A DNA stretch of 64,000 nt from Amoeboaphelidium protococcarum X5. Its lineage: Eukaryota > Fungi > Aphelidiomycota. The DNA lies in NCBI GenBank assembly GCA_023515725.1, contig JALDTO010000136.1, forward strand, positions 379,896-443,895, given 5' to 3'. The notes beneath the pieces are model-generated. The model made no database searches. It was not told where the DNA came from and saw nothing but the letters and a program-made list of their open reading frames with translations. Shown piece after piece: positions 50,943 to 64,000 of the stretch (the stretch's first letter is position 1; each line of letters starts with the position of its first letter). Both the position numbers and the translations under genes were made by a program.

Positions 50943-53900
50943 TACTCTTAAGCCAAATGTCGCTACAAAATTGTCGCTAAAACGATCAAACGAATGTCGC
51001 TGACAATGTCGTTGACAATGTCGCTACATAAACTACGCGTACGACAGACATTGTTTCAGAAATATCAGCTTCAATATCAGATATACAGTTGCCTATCCCT
51101 GACTCTGATATCAGCATTCAATATAAAAAGTACCGAGACAAGCCTAATAAAAAGTCGTAATCAAAATTTAGGATGTCATTAGTTTCAATCTCACTACTTA
51201 TTTCATTACTTTTGTAGAGCGAACTTCTTTATTAAGAGAGATTTTGAGAATGAATACCACTAATGGAATGTCCATCAGCAATTATGTCCCTCCTCCTGGT
51301 GCAAGGAAGATCAAGAGGCAGAGAGAAGACGCAGAGAATGCACCGATCCATCCTGGCAAGAACTTGGAAGTGTCCGATATGTAAAAATCTTCATTTTCCA
51401 TCTAACAAGAAGCCGCACACTAAATTCTGTTTGGAATAGCAAAAGAAGAACAATAGTGTTGCAGGCTCCGCGAATAATTTGTCAAGTTGGCTGACTGGAG
51501 CATCTTAACAGTCAGCGGACTCTGTCGCAGATGTACCAGTTGATCAATCCGCGTCAGATCAGACGCTTGAAACGAATGATCCTAATGCTCATCTTGATAC
51601 TACCTCAGTCGAAAGTGATGATTTAAGTGAATCCTACATTAGTGATTGAGTAGGAAGATTAGAATTGGAGAAGTCATCCCTCCACCGCATTTATAGTCAA
51701 GTATGCGGATGAGATTGATTACGCCATTAAAGGAACAGGTTCTCGCGGATATCAATGCAACGTAACGTCCTCAAGGTGTCCTGGTGTCTGCGATTGCAAG
51801 CCGCTGAATCCTCTGTCCTGGCGTGATATCTGGATTTACCCGCCTAATCCTTTATTAGTCTCAGATCATATGGAAAGCTAGGACTTTGTGAAGGAGAAAG
51901 TTTTATTCTGGACGCCAGAAGTGTTTTTCCATCATCTTGGTGTTCGTCACATGCCTTGTCCTGTCCATGGCGTCGTGGATGGCCACGTCAAAGTAGCTGG
52001 CTGGTCAGCAGTAGGGCCTCGAAAAGTAATAGGCATTGGTGTGTCCTATTACATTATGTTCAAGAGGTACAAATGCAATCTGTGTCACTCTGGTACTGGT
52101 GGCAGGACTGGTAAGGAGTTTCGTGGAATAGATCCAGACACTTTGCAGCATCTTCCTCCTCATGTTTAGCAATAATTGCCGTGCACGGTGATTGACAACA
52201 CGATTCTGGACAACTAACTGATTTAATTGATGGATAGGATGATCATGCGAGGAGTCTCCTTTAATGAGCTCGTTAAGATGTTGGATGAGCTGTTTAACAA
52301 CTAGCATCAGTCAAGACATCTTGCGTATTTGTCTGCATCAACATTTGTTAGAAGGAATCCATAAATGACTTTAATGTTTCAAGCTTTGCCAGCACTGATT
52401 GAACCATTTTCAGAGTTCAGCGACAAAGAAAAGTATAACGTATCCGTTCCATCCGCTACTGTTTTGAAAGAGTTCTATTATAAAAGCCAAATGGATGTAT
52501 ATGATCTGAAGAACGCTGCTGTCGCGCAAGTAACTGGCAAGGTTTTGAGCGGGGACCACACGTACAAAGCAGCTAAGGTGCCTGTCTCTAAGTCCCAGTA
52601 GATATTTGAAGGATTATACTCCTTGGTGAATGAGTATGGTCAAGTGGCTGGATTCTGGCTTGTGCCAAACAAAAGTCTGAAGGAGTTGACTACTGAATTC
52701 TAAGTCCTGAAGCAGCGTTATGCGGCGAAGGATGAAGAGGACCCTCAGGCTTTCTTCACAGATCTCTGCTGCACTGATAGAGCATTTCTCTCTGATATGT
52801 TTGAATCTCTCTCAGTTACTGGATAAGGATAAAGAGTACTCTTGGATATTTTCCATTTCATGGAGCGGTATCCTGTAAAGAAGAAACATCTTCTATACGC
52901 CCTGTTTGCCTCCAACCTCCGCGATGCGATATTTATCTGTTCTGAAGAAGACATGCAAGATGTGAAGTCAGTATTACAGCAGCGTGGAGTCTCAGATGAG
53001 TAAATGGATCAGATCAAGAGAAGTTATCTATTGCGCAATGGTAAAGTGAGAAGATTTGTTCCATCTGCGGATATTTTATCGAATAGAATTGATTAGGTGG
53101 TTTAAATGTTTAGAGCGGTTAGCAGCGGTTTCATTGATGATCAAGTAATGAAGCATCACGAGCGTAATCTGAAACACGCCCAAGATGGCTGTTTATCAGA
53201 TCCTCCTGGAGTTGATATGTACTTGCAATTAAAGTCTGGACATGATGGATCTTTTAAGTAGTTCAATTGTTTTAGAGGTACCAGTCAATAAGAAGGATAC
53301 CACATGATGTTGTACAATGCGTTTTAAGCGAAGTCTATCTCTCCTGAGCTCTATAATGTTATGCTCATGGACTTCGTCTACAGAAGAAATCAAGATGCGG
53401 CGCTGACTTGTGGTTTGACTCCGGATTTTTATATTTACAAACCATTGGTGCTGAGCTAAATTAAGCAGGTGTATGTCGACAATGCGAAATATTTCAAGTG
53501 TCCCGTTTTTAAGAATCTAACTATTCCACAAGTCTCTGAATTCTCCAAGTCTGTTAAATTTGGCTGCAGTAAGTATTTGGGCAAATCTCTTAATCTAAAG
53601 AACATTTCTGATCAGCAGCTAATGATGGAATGCGAGGGAGGCTTTGATGAAGAACTGGTTGATGCGCTGGACGATTCGGTTGATCTTGATTTGACAGTTA
53701 TTGATATGGATTAGAGTGATATTTCTACTGAGCCCATAAAGCTGAATTCCGATGATATGATTGCAAAGTTTGCATTCAATGTCATATCACGTCCTGTCTC
53801 CTCCCAAAAAGAGCTCATCTTATTCATGTCTCTGTTTGAACAATATTGCACCTTGAAAAATGGTGATGATAAGCAAGTAGATTATGAGTAAATGGCTGAT

Positions 53901-55077
53901 CGTTGGAATTTTTTGGTTTATAACAAGTTTGCCGCTTGCTCAAATTAGTCTGAAGTCGATGGTTTGTTATCAGACTACTCCTTTAAGGCACCAAGCCATT
54001 TGAAGAGTTTCGAAGATATCGTGGAACGCAAGTTGGCATGCAAATACGCGATTGATCCTTACAAGGAGCAGTTCAGGCAGCTATAGAATCATTTGACTGA
54101 CCTTACAGCATTGCATATTCCGTTTGAAATTCCGCCGTTGCATCAGGAGTCTACTGAGTAAACTGCCCAAGAAGTTGAACATGTATCAGTAGAGACACAT
54201 ACTTCATTAAACAATTTGAGCTGCATCTGCCCTGCTACTCAGTCTGTTTAGAATGTAAATAATTTGCTCGCTGCTGCAGCTTAAGATATTTAGAGATTAG
54301 TCGATAATATAGATGATGCTTCCTTCACCAATCTGGATGTCGACACTTTGTTTAATCCAGTTTTAGATCTGCCTGATGGTGATGATATTCCTAGAGTTGA
54401 CCATTTTGGAGAGAATGTAGACATCAACGTACAGCCGGCCTTTAATTAATTAACTTATCATACCGTTGATATCATTTAAGCTGATACTGGGCCTGTCACA
54501 ATGACTGAGGCGGTCAATTTAACTGAACTGCTGCGTCAGAGATTCGGCGACGATGTGTTGACTCCTGAAAACGGATTTGTCAGTGAAGAAGAGTTGAACA
54601 ATAACTTGAGAAGCGAGTCAGTGAAACAAGTCTGCAACATATGCTGGAAGCCAAGATTGCTAGCTGATTCTAATTAATGCACTGATGGCCATTCATCCAA
54701 AAAATGCGATGCATCAAATTTGTTAGACAAGTCTTTGTTGAATATGCGTAAAAGTCTCTATAAAAAATTCACCAAGCGTGTAGAAAGAGAGAGAAAGTTG
54801 AAATAGACGTGATTTTTGTAGTGATTGAATAAACCGAGTGGATGTGATCGCAGATCTTTTCGATTTCCTCCAACTCATCCTTGAAAATCTGTATAAAATA
54901 TCGCAACCAACCTGCGGTCGGCAGCGATATAATTTTTTTCCGACTAGGCGTATAAACATATAAATTGCCAAAGTCTTTATTCGGACGATCCGAACTGTCA
55001 AGTTACGGATTCGGATTCGGTCGGATTTTTTACGGACATCTGATCCGAATTTATCGGTCGAATCCGTTTAGGATGTA
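50943..55077 (+). mobile_element. Putative DNA transposon carrying a DUF6729-type DDE transposase, with subterminal repeat arrays (boundaries approximate)
   Basis: Transposase-like ORF flanked by five TGTCGYT repeats (50958-51026) on the left and CGGA/TCCG repeats (54980-55067) on the right. TA dinucleotides at both putative ends. Confidence 0.6.
51250..54812 (+). CDS. DUF6729-domain putative transposase (probable 5' intron, apparent 1-nt frameshift near 51647)
   Basis: LFWTPE..CP..GW..GPRKV..YY...YKC, SGDHTYK, VNEYGQV, FFTDLCC, LLDIFHFMER, GCLSDPPG, CFRGTSQQEGYH, VDYEQMADRWN, C-terminal CxxC..H..C. Main frame about 51648-54812. Confidence 0.75.
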
Positions 55078-55345
55078 TAATCACATCATTCTCATCAGAC
55101 ACAATTACCTGGCTATCATTGTAAAGAATGGGCATTTCCTTCGTTCTACTGACTTGTTGACTGGAAAAAGATTGTACGATCTAATTTCTTCTCTCAATCG
55201 CCTTCCACATTTATTCAAGCTTCGTCAAAGTCATCTCTGCTGCACCTCCTGGTTTCCATTATCCTTGTTAATTACCAGAGTGGACGGCAGCAACATTATA
55301 CTTTGTACTGCCAGTCTTTTACTTCTTCTTGACTATACCAAACAT
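54998..55345 (-). CDS. Small hypothetical ORF whose 3' end runs into the right end of the putative transposon
   Basis: MFGIVKKKQKTGSTKY...ENDVII then element sequence. Starts from a CG-rich intergenic region shared with the divergent 4-TM gene. Confidence 0.35.
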
Positions 55346-55615
55346 ACCTTCAGCAAAAGACCAGTTCTGCTATAATGGATATGTAACAACAGGACGCGTC
55401 GTAAAGAGGAAGACGTGCGGTGAAACGTTGAAACAGAACAGGCGATCGAGGGGAGAACTTTGAGAGCGCGCGATATAGAGCTGGACTGAACGGATTGTCG
55501 TAAAAGAAGAAGGCGAGACCCGCGCCAGTGATGCGAAACGACGCGTAAATCAATGCCTCATTTATAATTGATACGCTTTCTTCACCAATCAACTTTAAAC
55601 TGTATCAGGTTAATT

Positions 55616-56326
55616 ATGATGTCTGGTAAGTATATGCGTAAACTCACGATAGCTACTTCCATATGCACGTTGGTTGTGGCAGTGCTGGGAATTGTGTTGC
55701 TATCGTTTCAACTGGACGATGTGAATCGGAATGGTTTGTATAATTTGGTGCCACAATCAATCATTATCGTGTTGATCGTCTTTGCCGCATTCCTGATACT
55801 ATTCAACATGTGGTACATTTATCTGGCTGCAAAAGGCTCAATTCAAGGCGTGAAATTGGGGATGCTGATTAATACCTTTCTCCTACTGTTTGCGTTCGTC
55901 ATGCTGTGTGAGATTCTTATTCAAGTACATCATGTTAACGACGACGGATTTGATCTCGGCATGAAACAAATGGTGGCGCAACTCGGTGATCTTTCTGACT
56001 TCGCCTCCAGTCAACAGTCTGAAACAGCATTGGTTTCATCACTGTTGGTCGAGTCTTTCCAACAAGCAGAATGTAATGTTTCGAACGCTCTATATACTAT
56101 ATCTGCAATTAAAATCGTTAGACATGCTCTCAACTTGCTACTGATCATCATATCTATTGTTCTGGTGTTTCTGTTTTTATTAACTGTGCAGTTGTTTTGC
56201 GTTCTGACATTGCTTACTATGGTGCCAAGCAATGTGGAGCAGATTGAAGATTATCAGAGGTTGTTGAATCCCACGCAAAGACTCACTGGCTCATACTCTT
56301 CCAAACCGCGTCATTCTCTAGCATGA
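55616..56326 (+). CDS. Four-TM, tetraspanin-like membrane protein (no CCG motif), 236 aa
   Basis: Three N-terminal TMs, a large loop, a fourth TM and a short tail. Ends in TGA. Confidence 0.7.
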   Translation: MMSGKYMRKLTIATSICTLVVAVLGIVLLSFQLDDVNRNGLYNLVPQSIIIVLIVFAAFLILFNMWYIYLAAKGSIQGVKLGMLINTFLLLFAFVMLCEILIQVHHVNDDGFDLGMKQMVAQLGDLSDFASSQQSETALVSSLLVESFQQAECNVSNALYTISAIKIVRHALNLLLIIISIVLVFLFLLTVQLFCVLTLLTMVPSNVEQIEDYQRLLNPTQRLTGSYSSKPRHSLA

Positions 56327-56546
56327 TCTTAAAACTGATATTATTTGCTTAAAATGTGTGTATGGCATATCGTTATATATTGAATAGACACACTAATATA
56401 TATGCTTTAGACTCGTCTTTGAACGCTTTCTTTTATTGTCGCAGCTTGAAAGAATTTCCTTACAGACGCGTTTTCTTCTTGAATTTTCTCCCAATCATCT
56501 TTACTCTTCTTACAACTTCCCATTTCTTATCAGAACTTTCATAAGG

Positions 56547-57642
56547 ATGTCTGCATAATTAATATTCAAATAGCTGTAGTAGATAGTTGGAGAAAATTAG
56601 AATCTAAATACTCAATTTAATGTGGTAGCTTCCTTGGTGTACGCCGTCTTTGTGCACGCGGGCTTCCGACTTGCTGACTCACAACTCGACAGTGCTGTGG
56701 CTATACCTGCGTCCGTGGTTGATGGTGCTACTATGGCTGAATTTAATCTAAGACATGATTAATCGTCCATGAGCTTTGAAGTTAGAATAGTCCGAATGTC
56801 AAATCAAATAATGATACACGCCACGACTATGGAATAAGATTAAATATACACTGTAAATGTTAGATTGTCAGAGCTGTTCGCCTCTGATCGGTATTCCACT
56901 CTGTCTGGACAGGCCATTTAGCAGATGACGTTCCCATAATTTATGGGTATATTTAATGAGCGCAAGCTGGATGATTTCTTACATTAGATAAAGTCTGAAC
57001 TTATTGGTAAATTGATCCCGGGACTCGGCAAAGAAGGATATGAGTAATCTTCATCAACATAAAGTTAATAGAGAGAAGATAGTCGCGTCACCGGTCGACC
57101 TGAACGGAGTGATGATCCTCTCAGAATATCATAATAACCCCGAGGAGGTGCACGGCCGGATTATGATCGCGATGTCATACCAGAACGTGTCGGTCAGGGA
57201 TATCCTTACCCGCGCAATCCATTCTCCATTGGCTCTCAAGATGTTGACCCCATGGCATCGCTCTTAGGACCTCCAAGGTAATATTTTGTCAATCAGTTAT
57301 TTATAAATTTTAAATTATCTTTGTAGTGCTGGTGGTGGAATGTTTGTGGGACCTGGACATCCAATGTTTGATTAAGGACCATACTCGTCCCCTTCGTCCT
57401 CAGGTTTCGGACGGCCACCTTTGGCTGGTCCATCTGGTCAAAGATTGCCACCTGGAGCAATACCTCCTGGTGCTAGATTTGACCCTATTGTTCCAGACTT
57501 GGGTAGACAACCTCGCCCTCGCCCTCCTAGAAGGTATGATTGATATAAATTCTCCATGATCTTTATTATTATGTTGATTTGTAGCGGTGAACCAGACAAT
57601 GATGAGTTACAACCACCTGGCTATGGCGATATGTTCTTTTGA
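56547..57642 (+). CDS. PSMF1: Proteasome regulator PI31, introns 57278-57326 and 57534-57584
   Basis: LIPGLGKEGYE, PFSIGSQDVDP, GGGMFVGPGHPMF, PPGAIPPGARFDP, GEPDNDELQPPGYGDMFF-TGA. Confidence 0.92.
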
Positions 57643-58014
57643 CAACATACTTGTCATCGTGAAAGGATTTATTCAATTCATCTTAACAATCAGCACTTTG
57701 TGAATATAAATGAATTTGGCTCTTCATTTGTCTGATGTGATGGACATTTCGTTTTAAGAGTCTTTCATGCGTTGGAAGTCTTTGCATAGTATGAATCTCC
57801 AACCACAGTCTTACTTTCTATCAGCTTCATCCAGATCACTGTACTTCATCTAAAGCGTTGATGAATTGAAGTGGCTAACTTTCTGTGTCGACCGTTTCAA
57901 CTACCGTAACTCTTTTCCGCTTGACGCTGATTTAAACGCGCGAGCTGCTCTCTCTCTCTCCCTCTCTTTCTTTCTTTTAGGTGGCCGCGGTTGAAAGAAA
58001 CAAGTTCACTTATT

Positions 58015-63144
<5,130 letters not shown>

Positions 63145-64000
63145 TGTTTTGTTTTAATGTATTTTAATATTGAAAATTTCTAGATTTGTTTTGAATCACT
63201 TTGATTTTATTGAAAGGACTGTATATCTAAGGCTGGAGAATAGAATCAAAATTCTGAGAATCACAAATCATATGCTTGCTCTTCTTTACCAATGAAAAGA
63301 ACATCTTTGTTCTACTAACTATCTTAAAAGTGTAAAACCATTTGAAAAGCCAGTCGCGTCAATCAACTTTCACTTGACAACAGTTAGAGACTTGGACGCT
63401 CTCTGCTGATTACTTAAACACCGATTAGAAACTTTCATTCTAAAAGCTTTGAATCATTATATACGACAACAGATTAATCATTACTAGCAACTTATGCGGT
63501 GACTATTCGCTCCAATTCCGATCGCGATCGACAAGGCATCGTTAGCAAGTCACTGCCTTCCCATGTAACGAAACAACGACTGGCCCCTAGCGTGACTCGA
63601 GATACACCTGTTCATATTTTCATAAAGATCTGAAAAGGCTGCTGGATGAATATCATACCAAATTGACGCCGTAAAGCCAATCAAACATATATAGACACAG
63701 TAAAAGTGTGCAAATCACATTATCCAAAGTCAATGATTCCGGATCTAGGAATATGATCATTTCAGCAACAGCAGATGTATTTCCAAGAGGAGTCTTAACC
63801 TGACACGCCGGAGTAACCTGTGAGCAATCTTTTCATCTGACCTTGTGTACCGTAAGACCGCGACTCGCTATCGTAGCTCTGAACCTAATCCAATCACCAG
63901 CTCAGAAAGGACGCGAGTAACCATTAAGCAGCCTTTGTTCGCTCTAAGGCGTTTTGTGGTTATAACTAAATGGCTGGATGTCTTCCTTAATTTCTGGCTC

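Noticed and set aside
50958-51030. Short repeats resembling a CRISPR array or iterons
   Set aside because: Units are about 8-12 nt with no unique spacers or cas genes in a eukaryotic context; better explained as transposon subterminal repeats.
63145-64000. Possible gene at the right edge
   Set aside because: The frames I translated by hand hit TGA within about 100 codons and showed no recognisable motif; left unannotated.

Overview
Gene-dense, intron-poor eukaryotic (fungus-like/holomycotan) nuclear DNA. The supplied standard-code ORF track is fragmented because this genome reads TAA and TAG as glutamine and uses only TGA as stop (translation table 6). Invariant Gln positions in RPL10A, MOT1, glycerol kinase, NSUN5 and a Copia RT are encoded by TAA/TAG. 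Fungal-like proteins plus this code point to an aphelid such as Amoeboaphelidium protococcarum (inference). Re-reading by hand in table 6 gives about 27 host genes: ESF1, REX4, NOP9, NUP57/54, glycerol kinase, a DDT-WHIM protein, EMC4, an SMP protein, two secreted orphans, NRAMP, NSUN5, carnitine acetyltransferase, RPL10A, RAD4/XPC, Amt, an ANKFN1/Wake-like protein, SCC2, PP2A B'', a START protein, a GCN4-like bZIP, a 4-TM protein, PI31, MOT1 and a few unknowns. There are two mobile elements. One is a complete, very young Ty1/Copia LTR retrotransposon inserted in the last codons of NRAMP, with an unusual primer-binding site and no polypurine tract. The other is a DUF6729-type putative DDE transposon with different repeat arrays at its two ends. 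Coordinates come from manual translation. Product names come from recognised motifs, not from database searches.
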